Made by a program: the position numbers and the translations under genes. A DNA stretch of 64,000 nucleotides from Squalus acanthias (lineage: Eukaryota). The stretch spans positions 21,330,001 through 21,394,000 of the forward strand of contig CM059433.1 of assembly GCA_030390025.1 (NCBI GenBank), written 5' to 3'. Shown here piece after piece: positions 47,985 through 59,600 of this stretch (its first letter is position 1; each line of letters starts with the position of its first letter). The notes beneath the pieces were generated by a model. The model was not told where the DNA came from. It searched no databases and saw only the letters and a list, made by a program, of their open reading frames with translations.

Positions 47985-50900
47985 TTTTCTGGGGTCCGTG
48001 TGGGCACGATCGGAGGCGGGTCAGGAAATTTGAAAACAGTTGGAGCGGGTCGAGAATCCGCCGTCATCCCGTCCCCCGTGCCTTTCCCTTGGGCACGTTT
48101 GCCGGTGTGGCAGCGACCCGACCGGCAGATGCGGGCGACCTAATTAAAATCATTACAAGCTTGTTGTCAGAATCTAAAGAGCCTTTTTCTCCCTTCCTTT
48201 CAAATTTCCCTGCATGGCCACGGGAATCACCCAGCTCGGGAACCACGTATGTCAACCTGAGGCGGGAGTTGAGTGGCCATTGCTCCAGCTGATTACTTGA
48301 CAGCACCAAATGTACTATAAAAGCTCCCAACTCACAGCTGATCACTGTCTTCAGGCAGAAGCTGTTGCTGACTGCATTGCCAGCACAGATTTAGCTTTCT
48401 GCAGGCTGCAAGTGTTTCCAGCAAAGTCTCCATCCAGTGTCACCTCATTGGAAGAACCTCTCTCACCATTGACAGATTGCTTCTGTCAACTCTACTTGAC
48501 CTGTCATCTATTTCATCAACATGGGTGCCGTTTATACTGTCTCACCTTGGTCCTCAGAATCTGACCATGATCAGCCCCAACACCACCACCAATCTTCTCC
48601 GCAACCACCTGATGCTGCACAGGACAGAGGGCATCAGCACCCGAGCACATTGTTGCCCGGGAGGCCAGGATGACCTCATCACGGCCAGATTTACTTAACT
48701 TTATGCTGTACACCCATATGGCTGCCACATGCTGCGCCAGGTTGGCACCACCACACAGCAACACCATAAAGCATCCCACAATGACCAAGCCATTCACCAT
48801 TGGTGGAGATACCATTACGTCTCACCATTCACTGCAACTCACTAAGCCACTTCCAAAGGTGCACACAAATTTCTCCAAGTGGTGAAAATAAAGATTTTTT
48901 AATGGTTGAGATCACATTAACAGAAACTTGACATTAACATTGAATAAAACACCCAAGTGGCTACCCTTGTGAATCTACTTGTGTGTCATCTTTCTCTGAC
49001 GCGTGCTTCTACGAGATGCTACCACTGTGGCTTCAGCAGAGGTAGAGGCAGCCTGCTTACTTCCCTGCTGCGACTGCTTAGACATTCTTGGTGGATGTCC
49101 TCTGGGTTTTGGAGCCTCTGCTGGGCCCGCCAAACTCTGATCCTCCTGTGACTGTGCAGGGGCAGACTCGGCCATCACTGTCCAAGGAGGCATCTGGGGT
49201 GACGTGACTGAGGGGGTGGCAATGTGGGAGAAGTGTAAGTGCTTTGAGAGGAGCCCCCACTTCCATGTCCCCTCTCGCCATCATCCTTCCCATGGGCCAC
49301 CCGCACTTCCCTGCTAGCAAGGAGCAGGAGAGCACCTTGCTGCACATCAGTGGTGTCATGAGGACCCATGTCTACGCTGACATCCCTCTTAGAGAAGAGG
49401 TCTATGAACCTCTGCCATCTATTCTCCATAGATAGCATGTGCTCATGTGAGTGGCACATCAGCTACTCCATGCAGGTCGCCATCCTTTCCATGAAAGAGC
49501 CTACAGTTGCCATTGCCTGCGACACGGTGGTGCTCATGTTGGAGATGGACTCCTCCATTCTCTGAACATTTGCAGACATCGCCTCCTGCATTTCTTCCTG
49601 CACCTCCAGGATCGCCCTATTTCTCGATGGCCCCCGAGGCTCAGCGTCTGCATGCAGCTGAGCAGAGCTAGGAGTGTCCTGCGGCCTCTGGCGAGGAGTC
49701 TCCACTGCTGTCCCCGTCTCCACCATCTGCTCTTGCTCACGTGATGTGAGAGACACCAGGTGACAACACTACTCTATCTCACGTGGGACCCACCCAGGTG
49801 TGCGTATTTGCGCTGGTGCTGGGTGTGCTTATGTCTGGTGATGCTGCACCCTCAGAGGCTGGAGGCTCCTCTAAGGAGCCATCTTCCTCGTCCTCCTGGA
49901 GAGTGGGGGGGTGATTGGGGGGGGGGGGGGCTCTTGATGGACCTGTGGGAGAGTAAAGGGATGATTTAGATATGTTATATGAATAATGGGTACAGATACC
50001 ATTATGCACATGATGACCATTCAGTGGCTGATGACATCAGTCCCCATATAAGTGACTGATGTATGCCATGTAGTTTTTTGATATATAATTCTGGCATCAG
50101 GTTGCTGCGATGCCCCCTCTCTCCATCTCCGACCTCGAGCTGCTCGGCGAATCCCGATGCCTCTAACGCAGCCTCCTCTTCTGTTCTGAGGGTGGCAAAT
50201 GATGGCGTTCCACCTCCATTTCTCTCCCTCTCCCTCTTATTGTGGGCTCTCTTTTCCTGCAAGGAGGGAAAGAAGAGAAGGTTGAGTGAGAGTGATGGAA
50301 TGTGTAACGAATGGATGGGTTAGATCTTTAGAGGGAGACTATGATGGAGTGGGGTGGCAATGGCAAATGGCCTCCTTGTGTGTTGTTAGTTGGTATGATT
50401 GCACTAGGGTGATGGGTGGCTAGTGAGATGGGGATGTGATAATGCAGATAGAGAGAGAGGGATGGGTGGATGTGCAAGGTATGTTGGTGTGAGTAAGGAT
50501 GTGCAGGAGTAGGCTTCGGAAGGCAGAGTGATGGGGATGTGGTGAGTGGCACAGCAGGATGAATTTGAGTGTGGCTTTGCACTCACCTTTCCTGATCTAA
50601 TGAGATCATTGAAATGTTTCTGGCACTGCACCCAGGTCCTCCTGAACACATCCCTGCTGTTGACCTCCTCTGCAGTTTGGAGCTAGGCTCTTTTTGTCTC
50701 CTGGGGAGGTCTCTTCCACCCATCGAAAGGGAAAAGCGTGCTCTGACTCCCTCCACAAGGATAAGAAAGGGAGTCATCAGAGAACCTGGGTGCAGCCCTC
50801 TGCCTCTGTGCAGTCATGTTTCCAAGTGTTTGGAACAATCAAAAGCTCTAGTGCAGTGACTGCACACTCCTAGATGAACCTTCAAATGCAATGTGGCCAT

Positions 50901-51106
50901 GGCTCCTGTAAACCTACCGGCTGAAAACGCATCATGGGTGAGGTCATCAGACCAACACCATTTAATTGGGCCGGGTAACGCACTGGGCGGGCTTAATAGG
51001 CCCCATTGAAGCAAAGTCGTTTTCTGTTGTCGGAAGCAGCAACGGGGTCGCGACCCGTCACGCCGACCGCCTGCACCCAACCCGCCAGGTACCGAAAATT
51101 CCAGCC
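47985..51106. mobile_element. 3.1-kb PIF/Harbinger deletion derivative: Myb/SANT gene on minus strand, probable remnant of the transposase-side unit on plus strand
   Basis: Right TIR AAAATTCCAGCC (51095-51106); left TIR eroded; homologous to 7478-9267 and 62469-63861. Confidence 0.85.
48975..50817 (-). pseudogene. Three-exon Myb/SANT-like (trihelix) DNA-binding protein of Harbinger type, decayed
   Basis: Exon 1 50817-50587: MTAQRQRAAPRFSDDSL..LVEGVRAR..AEEVNSRDVFRRTWVQCQKHFNDLIRSGK|GTGAGT; exon 2 from 50256 after TTGCAG: EKRAHNKRERERNGGG; exon 3 from 49942 after CCCACAG: acidic/Pro-rich then coiled-coil-like; frameshifts and stops. Confidence 0.85.
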
Positions 51107-52974
51107 ACTGTCTCCAGTCTTTCCGGGGCACACATCAGCTGCAGCCAAAAGCACAGATGGGCGACAACTATGGCACAAGGTATTGGGAGGCGCAGAAGAA
51201 TGCCTGGATGACAATTTTCTCTTCCTCCTTATTGGGAAATACCTTGACTTCCACTCAGTGGTACCCTAGCAGTGTTAATGCTGCTGTGAGAATTTAACAA
51301 TGTCGAATATTGTGAACCAGAACCCACTCTGCACCATCCTGCAGACCCTTGCTGCATCACCGAGCCAAGCCAACCTATTTAAAATAAAATGTATTGATTG
51401 GAATCTTCAGGGGAAACCACATTTCTGGGATCAGATTGTGCACTAAAGCATATGATGTTGCCCCTGTGTTTTTATTTAACCATGCAGATAAGTTATTATA
51501 ATGTATGCCACTTACAAAGCACCATGTGTTCTATTCTGCATTTACCACGGCCTGAGAAAGCATGTAGGGGGCCATTCTGGTCTCTCTACTTCCCCCGTTT
51601 TTCAGCAGGAATGAGGCAGTAGTGAGACCAGAATTGCTTAAAAAAAACCTTACTGCTGTCTTTCCGCCATCTGCCATTTCAGTCCCGGCCTCGAAATAGG
51701 TGCCCAGGTCAACATGCGGGAGCCTCTTTACTGTATACAAATCGGGGTCCTGTGATGTAGGTAGGACCTTGATCCCATTTACAAGTCATAATGCGTGGCA
51801 TCTGTGCTGCACAAGCCCAGCTACAATGACACCAAGCGGTAAGCAGCCAAACCGGGGTCCTTTAATAGGATTGCTGGTGGACACTCAAAAAAGACTAAAA
51901 TTCAGGTTTCTGGGAGCGTTTTGGGGGCAGAATGAGCATGATTGGTCTTCCTGTGCCTCCAAAAAAATTCACACGGCCACTGCCTTGCTTTTTACTACCC
52001 CGTACCTCACCCCCATTCTCCATTGACCTGGTCCTTACTTTTGGGGTCCTCTGCCAGCTCTACTCAATAGATGAACTGCTGGATTCCTTCCCCCCATGCT
52101 CCGATCGGCACTGGAAAGGCGTGGGCAGTTCACCAGTTCTATCAAAATGGTTCAGGCCTCTCCTGACGACATCAGGCGGGCGTTCTGACCACTCAGCACC
52201 CCCCACCCGCCCAATGCACACTGAAAATGAAAATCTCTCTGTATACTCTTGCGCAACATTAACAAAATGAAGTCATTTGGAGAAAATTAAAGCAACTTTG
52301 ACTCATGGGTTAAAAAATGTTCTTGTTTTGTTGAAGAATACAAAGCGTAGAGAATCTCCAGATGAGCTCTAGAGAGCTGGAAACAGAATTTACAGAATGC
52401 AATCATGCTGCAGCTCAATATTCCCCAGTGTCTTGCAAAGGAGCTAAACTTTCACTTCTAACGCATCAATATATTAACTTTCTAATTGTATCGACTGTTA
52501 GTCAAAATTATGCTAAAGAGAATCACTGTTCACAGGCTCTGCTTATGATAGGATGGAGCCCAACTCTAGTATAGCATTTCACGTACGTCTAATTCCTATT
52601 GATTGTCGATAAATCATAATTGGACCCTGTCTCAAAACCTTGCAAAGATATTTTCATTATTCAGGGAATTTGGAGTGGATGATATGGTCAATGAATGTGA
52701 TAAATGCATCATCAAAGCTTTGTGTTATTTAGAGCGCTATTATCAAACTTACCAAATAAAATGGGTCTAATAACGTCAAACGTATTAGCAGCTAGCTAAC
52801 ACCACATAATTGTTCAAAAGCAATGATTAATGTTAATGGTTAACAAACTAGATGAACTTGTGCTTATCTGTCGTAGTTTTCTCTGCTGAATAATTGAAGA
52901 AACAAATCAGTTATTTTATTCTTGTCCAGTTTAAGACTTAACATCTATTGTTGACATCTCAAAGTAGAAAAGTC

Positions 52975-53160
52975 ACATTTCTGAGTTTCATGTCATCTGC
53001 AAACTTTGAAATTATGCCCTGTATACCCAAGTCCAGGTCATTAATATATATCAAAAAGAGCAGTGGTCCTAATACTGACCCCTGGGGGGCGCCACTGTGA
53101 AAAACAACTGTTCACCATTACTCTCTGCTTCTTGTTCCTTAGCCAATTTTGTATCCACGT
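52975..53160 (-). mobile_element. CR1 RT fragment
   Basis: Minus strand [30 protein letters not shown]. Confidence 0.8.
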
Positions 53161-53373
53161 GGGATGCATCCTAGGTTTCTGAGGGAAGTAAGGGTGGAAA
53201 TAGTGGAGGCTCTGGCCACAATCTTCCAATTCTCCTTAGATATGGAAGCAGTGCCAGAGGATGAGAGGATTGCAGATGTTACACCACTGTTCAAAAAAAG
53301 GGAGAGGGGTTAAACCCAGCAACTACAGGCCAATTAGCCTAACGTCGATGGTAGAGGATCGTTTAAAGACAAT

Positions 53374-54139
53374 GGGCCAGAAATTCAGCTTTGCGGCTTC
53401 CTGCGGGTGCAAGCATCGCGTGCGTACTTGCCCACCGCGCCTGCAGTTGTGCTTTGGGCCCACGAGGACTTCGGGTCCTGGGCCTCCTCCAGCTGCCGGC
53501 GCGCAGTGCTTGTGTATCCCAGGGGCGCAGTTAGTTCGAAGCGTCCCCTGGGATCACGTGGGCCATGGAGAGCCAATCCTGGCAGGGCATTTTCATTCAT
53601 AGATTTGACAGGAAGACCTGTCAAATCTATGAATAGAGATCGGCCCCAAAACCACACTTAAACTTCAAATAAATTTTTTAAAAAGCATCACATTTTTAAA
53701 ATAACTATAAGTTAAATAAATTAACTACTTTAAACAAAAATTTAACTTTTTGAAAAAATTAATTATACTTTTTAACAGTGCTAAAAATAAACTTACCTTT
53801 CTTTAAAGTATCTAAAAAAGATAAACCTGTTGAAATTTTTTTTAAAATTGTAATTAATTAACCACGTACCTTGTTAAAAACAGGCCTTGCGCCTCCTTTT
53901 TAAAAGCGCAGCTTCTTCATACTTACCTTCCCGGAGAAACCTGAAAAAAAACCTGAAGTTCGCTGCGTGCGCGCAGCCTCTCCCGCGCACGTGTTCGACT
54001 TCTGAACCCCTCCCTTCAGGGGAACGGAAGTTCCGGTTTCCCGCGCATGCACAGTGCATGCAGGAAACCGGCACTTCAGGTGGCCTTACGGGTGAGTACA
54101 CAGCGCGTACTCACCCGACAACAGCCGAATTTCTGGCCC
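53374..54139. mobile_element. Harbinger-type MITE
   Basis: TIR GGGCCAGAAATTC / GAATTTCTGGCCC; reverse-complement relative of 21183-21925; TSD imperfect. Confidence 0.87.
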
Positions 54140-54860
54140 ATATAATCGGACACAAGTTAATTGTCACTTGGAAAAATATGGGTTAATAAATGAAAGCCAG
54201 CACGGGTTTGTTAAAGGCAAATCATGTTTGACTAACTTGATTGAGATCTTTGAAGAAGTAATGGAGAAGGTTGATGAAGGTATGTGGTTGATGTTGTGTA
54301 TATGGACTTTCAAAAGGCATTTGATAAAGTACCACATAATAGACTTGTTAGCAAAATTGAACCTCATGGGATTAAAGGGGTAGTGGCAGCATGGATATGA
54401 AATTGGCTAAGAGACAGAAAGCAGAGAGTAGTAGAGAATGGCTATTTCTCAGACTGGAGGGAACTGAGCAGTGGTCGGTATAATGACCACTGCTCTTATT
54501 GATATATATTAATGACCTGGACTCAGGTATACAGGGCATAATTTCAAAGTTTGCAGCTGGCACAAAACTTAAAAATGTACTAAGCAGTGAGGAGGACAGT
54601 AACAGACTTCAGGAGGACATAGACAGGCTAGTAAAAAGGGAAGGCACATGGCAGATACAATTTAACACAGAGAAGGATGAAGTGATGCATTTTAGCAGAA
54701 AGAATGAGAGGCAATATAAACTAAATGGTACAATTTTAAAGGGGTGCAGGAACAGAGAGACCTGGGGGTGTACATACACAAATCTTTGAAAGTGGGAGGA
54801 CAGGTTGAAAAGTCTGGTAAAAAAGCATACAGGATCCTTGGCTTTATAAACAGAGGCATA

Positions 54861-55600
54861 GGGCTGGATTTTGTCTTGGGGTCGGGTTGGGGTCGTGTTA
54901 CCCGCATTTCGTGTTGCCCCCCCGACTCCAGATTAATGTGGATGAATGATGCAATTTTCACTTAATTGGGCAATTGAGTTCCAGCATGTGGGAACCCATG
55001 AACCAATTAGTGGTTTCAGTCTGAAAGTCGCCTCTGATGATGTCATCATTGCAGAGACTGCCTGGTCTCAGAGATTGCCTAGCTTTTGCTGTGAGTGGAC
55101 CTGGATGCAAAATGAGCAGCAGCTGAAAGAGAGGGAGAGAGCATCCAGGTCCTCTCACAGCAAGGCCAGGCAGTCTCTGAAGACATTCAATGCAGCAGCA
55201 TCAGAGGCGACTTTCAGACCTAATACTACTACTACCTTCATCACAATACTACATCTCCGTTGTAAAAGTGGACCTGCAGCTGATAGTCAGCTATCCACTT
55301 GTGCTCCTGCCAGGTTTCACTGGAGTGTTTCACATCAGGCGTACTTCACGTCGGAAAAGGGTTAAACTAGCTAAAATGTTTCAAAATGGCATTACAGAGC
55401 CAATTTAGGGCTTGTTAAGGGCTTTAATGGCCTCTCCTGCCTCTTGGAGGCAGGACGGAGTCGGGAGCCCCACGACTGATTTTGTCAAAATTGCGTGGAG
55501 GCGGGATGGAGTCGGGATGGGGTCGGGACCCCCGAATCTGCAACTTTAACCCCCCACACGCCTCCAAACCCGACTCCACGGGTCATTGAAAATCCAGCCC
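54861..55600. mobile_element. 740-bp Harbinger MITE
   Basis: Perfect TIR GGGCTGGATTTT / AAAATCCAGCCC; ATA TSD; flanks rejoin as GGCATAGAGTAC (CR1 GIEY). Confidence 0.92.
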
Positions 55601-56342
55601 ATAGAGTACAAAAGCAAGGAAGTTATGCTAAACCTTTATCAATCACTGGTTAGGCCCCAGCTGGAGTATTGTGTTCAGTTCTGGGCACTACACTTTAGGA
55701 AGGATGTCAAGGCCTCAGAGAGGGTGAAAAGTAGATTTACTAGAATGGTAGCAGGGATGAGGGACTTCAGTTATGCGAAGAGACTGGAGAAGCTGGGGTT
55801 ACTTTCCTTAGAGCAGAGAAGGTTAAGTAGAAGTGTTCAAAATCATGAAGGGTTTTGATGAGAGTAAATAAGGAGAAACTGTTTCCAGTGGCAGAAGGGT
55901 CGGTAACAAAAGGACACAGAATTAAGTTAATTGGCAAAAGAATAAGAAGCAAGATGAGGAATTTTTTTTACGCAGCGAGTAGTTACGATCTGGAATGCAC
56001 TGCCTGAAAGGGTGGTGGAAGCAGATTCAGCAATAACTTTCAAATGAGAATTGGATAAATACTTGCAGGGGAACATTTTGCAGAGCTCTGGGGAAAGGGC
56101 AGGGGAACGGGACCAATTGCATAGCTCTTTCAAAGAGCTGGCACAAGCACGATGGCCTCCTTCTGTGCTGTATCATTCCATGATTCTATGATCTAACAGG
56201 CCATTTTGTGACATTCCCCTCCCAACATGAGAGTGAGGTAGAGCTATAACAGACAAGAAGTTAGGGTATTAAAGGACCAATTTACTGATCCCAGTAGGGA
56301 AGCTGTGCTTGAAAGAAGCACGAGATGGAGATGGGGGGGGGG

Positions 56343-56819
56343 GGGGCTTAAATTCAGGCGAAATCCATGTGGCATGCAGCCAAGGTGCGCCAGAATGCAA
56401 AAGCAATCCTAAATTGGTCCTCGGGCCTCATTATTGCAAGTCGGGACCTGAAAAGGTTCGGCCAGTGTTTGGGGATAGAGGCGATAAGAAAGGGGGCTTG
56501 TGTGAGCCAGCAGCAGCCGCAGCCTTAATATGGAGGCAAGTGGAGCATTCCTGCTCCTCCTGGCTCCACATTAAGGTAATTTTAAAAAAAAAATACCCTT
56601 CTTCCGCTGCCTCCTTTAAGGATTACTAGCTAGGCCGCTATAGATCCTGAAAAGTAGTCGGTGCTCCAACTACTTTTATCCAATTTCATTAACAGGTCCA
56701 GAAATGGGCGCAGGCGCCTTGTTTCAGGTGGCCACCATGGTCAACTAAAAAAAAAGCTCTGCTGAATTTAGCAGTGGCCCGGCCATAATATGGGGGCAAT
56801 GATGCTGGATTTAGGCCCC
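56343..56819. mobile_element. Degenerate MITE
   Basis: GGGGCTTAAATTCA / TGGATTTAGGCCCC ends; internal TCCTGCTCCTCCTGGCTCCAC motif. Confidence 0.6.
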
Positions 56820-58026
56820 AGGGATATAATATTCTAACTTTAACTCTGCAATCTGCATGCCCTGCAAGTGTGGCTCACCGCTGGAATTGTGAAATTACCA
56901 GTTAAATGCTTAACAAAGTTTGTGAGTTGGAAGTTTGTGAGTTACCTATCAATGGCCACAACATTTTAGTTTCATTTGTGTTTTCCCAATTGGATATCTC
57001 CCCCCACCTCTCTAGTATTCTATCTCATATCACACCACTTTCCCCATGTATCTTTCCTCATCCAGGGGACAGGATAGTCTGGGCTGTAGACTTCTCCATG
57101 GCCACTATCTTTATCCCATTTCCTTATTCACTTACTCAGTCATTGCATGTATGATTCCTTATCCTTGGTGATTTAATCTACACCTTAAGGTGGCCTTGCC
57201 ACCAATGAGATCACTGACAAAGCTATCTCTGACCACTTCTGCATTTCTCTTAAGATCCACATCTTCCTGCCTGCATCCCCTTCTGCCACGGGGATAATTA
57301 ACATTCCCCCCCCCCCCCCCCGCACCACCTTCACAGCATTCTATTTCTCCATACTCTTTCCTGTGGCCCTCCACCTACCCTGGCATTGCCATCTCCAATG
57401 ATCTACTTAACAACTCTCTTGTTTCTGCTGTCTTCCCTACTAGATTGTTGGAAGCCTCCCAACCCCACTTATCCCTCAGGTACACGTAAATTCACATCTT
57501 CAAATCTGAGGACCAGAGGCATGTAGTACACAACTGGCCTGGTCATCCACCTCAAAATCTGGCTCAATTATATGCAAGAATGGCTCTGAGGATATTCCTG
57601 GCCAATATATTCTCTTTCTGTCTATCTCTCTTTCAAAACTGGACATAATACTCAACGTGCAGTGGTAGCAAAGTCTTGTGTTCTTAGTTTTAATTGTATA
57701 GTCCTTGTCCTAGTAATGAAGTCTGAAACCCTATTTGTCTTCCTGATTTCACACTGTTTATACAATTTGAACATTTTATCAACTGTATTAGAATTCAATC
57801 TGGAGAAGTTGGAATTCAATCTGGAGAAGTGTGAGGTAATGCATTTGGGGAGGGCTAACAAGGCAAGGGAATACACAATAAATGGTAGGACACTGAGAAT
57901 TGCAGAGGATCAGAGGGACCTTGGAGTGCATGTCCACAGATCCCTGAAGGTAGCAGGACAGGTAGATAAGGTGGTTAAGAATGCATACGGGATACTTGCC
58001 GTTATTAGCCTTGGCATAGAATATAA

Positions 58027-58241
58027 CTCATGATGCGGAGATGCCGGTGTTGGACTGGGGTGGACAAAATTGAGAGGTCGCACAACACCAGGTTATAGTC
58101 CAACAGTTTTTTTGAAATCACAAGCTTTCGGAGCTATCGATTGCCCCTTCCTCACCTGAGGAAGGGGCAATCGATAGCTCCGAAAGCTTGTGATTTCAAA
58201 TAAAACTGTTGGACTATAACCTGGTGTTGTGTGACCTCTCA
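58027..58241. mobile_element. Penelope-like element remnant: fold-back of the terminal repeat
   Basis: 11-bp TSD ATAGAATATAA (58016-58026 / 58242-58252); ~86-bp near-perfect inverted arms 58069-58243 with a 2-nt centre. Confidence 0.85.
58152..58193 (+). ncRNA. Minimal type I hammerhead ribozyme motif
   Basis: Stem I TCAC/GTGA; core CTGAGGA(A); stem II GGGGC/GCTCC; GAAA; palindromic AAGCTT in place of stem III; predicted cleavage after 58189. Confidence 0.75.
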
Positions 58242-58859
58242 ATAGAATATAAGAGCAGGGAGGTTATGCTTAAACTGTATAAAACACTAGTTAGGCCACA
58301 GCTAGAATACTGCGTGTAGTTCTGGTCACCACATTACAGGAAGGATGTGACTGCACTCGAGAGGATGCAGAGGAGATTTATGAGGATGTTGCCTGGGCTG
58401 GGGAATTTTAGCTATGAGGAAAGATTGAATAGGCTGGGATTGTTTTCTTTGGAACAGAGGAGGCTGAGGGGAGACCTAATTGAGGTGTATAGAATTATGA
58501 GGGGCCTAGATAGAGTGGATAGGAAGGACCTATTTCACTTAGCAGAGGGGTCGATAACCAGGGGGCATAGATTTAAAGTAATTGGTAGAAGGTTTAGAGG
58601 GGATTTGAGGAGAAATTCTTTCACCCAGAGGGTGGTGGGGGTCTGGAACTCACTGACTGAAAGGGTGGTAGAGGCAGAAACCCTCATCACATTTCAAAAG
58701 TACATGGATGTGCACTTGAAGTGCCGTAACCTACAAGGATACGGACCAAGTGCTGGAAAGTGGGATTAGGCTGGATAGCTCCTTGTCGGCCGGCACAGAC
58801 AAGATGGGCCAAATGGCCTCCTTCTGTACTGTAAATTTCTATGATTCTATGAACTATGA

Positions 58860-59180
58860 CCCCATAGTCACTCTCATACCCTGTATAACTTAACTTGTGG
58901 TCATGATATTCAATCATTGGGGTGGAGGAACACACATCCAGGTCTGATCCTATCCTCACCTAATGTGCATTATTTCAGACAGGGGTCACTGGATATCAAT
59001 AAGGAGTGGGAACTTCCTAGTTTAGAGATGCTACAGCCAAGTGTAACAACACCTGTTGCTGTCACAGTTGAGATCTGGTAACTTGGCACAGAGCAGGAAC
59101 TGAGCTTGACACCTTCTTGGCCTGTATTGCTGAAGACCATGTTGGACTGTTCATTTGGCCACTGAGCTACCAGGAACCCC
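58860..59180 (-). mobile_element. AmnSINE2-like SINE, degenerate
   Basis: GGGTTCCTGGTAGCTCAGTGG head; ATATCCAGTGACCCCTG..GGTGAGGATAGGATCAG body. Confidence 0.55.
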
Positions 59181-59199
59181 AAATTTCTATTATCTAAAG

Positions 59200-59600
59200 T
59201 GTAAAGAACTTACATTTATAGAGCACCTTCATGACGTCAGGGTGCCCTAAAGCACTTCAAAACCAATGTTACTTTTGTAGGGTAGTCACTGTTGTTTTGT
59301 AGACAAATTAGGCAGCCAATTTGCGCACAGCATGGTCTCACAAGCAGCTGTCAGGTTGATATAGTTATTCTGTTTTAGTAGTGTTAGTTGAGGGGTGAAT
59401 GTTAACCAGGACAAGAGGACTCTCTGATCTGCTTCGAAAAAGGGCCATGGAATCTGTTACGTCCACCTGAACAGGTAGGCAATCAGAAATACAGCCCCTC
59501 TAACAACGTAGCACTCCCTCAGTACTGCACTGACGTGCCGGTCTAACTCAAGTCCTGGAGTGTGGCTTGAACCCACAACCTTCCATCTCAGAGGTGAGAG
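59200..59600 (-). mobile_element. Degenerate SacSINE1-like SINE
   Basis: Collinear with 45878-46346. Confidence 0.75.

Larger units (their letters stand above)
53161..56190 (+). mobile_element. Older CR1 interrupted by two MITEs
   Basis: PSNYRPISLTS, SQHGFVKGKSCLTNL, LVRPQLEYCVQFW; tail TTCCATGATTCTATGAT. Confidence 0.88.
57785..58850 (+). mobile_element. 5'-truncated CR1 with a nested Penelope-type insert
   Basis: FNLEKCEVMHLGR..DLGVHVHRSLK and ERMQRRFMRMLPG..; TTTCTATGATTCTATG tail. Confidence 0.9.

Noticed and set aside
52975..56190. Minus CR1 piece abutting a plus CR1, as a twin-priming 5' inversion
   Set aside because: The inverted piece covers the same CR1 region as ~54390-54580 and is clearly diverged from it, so it is better read as a separate copy
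57790..57830. Tandem GAATTCAATCTGGAGAAGT repeat as an array
   Set aside because: Only two units; local duplication at a CR1 5' junction
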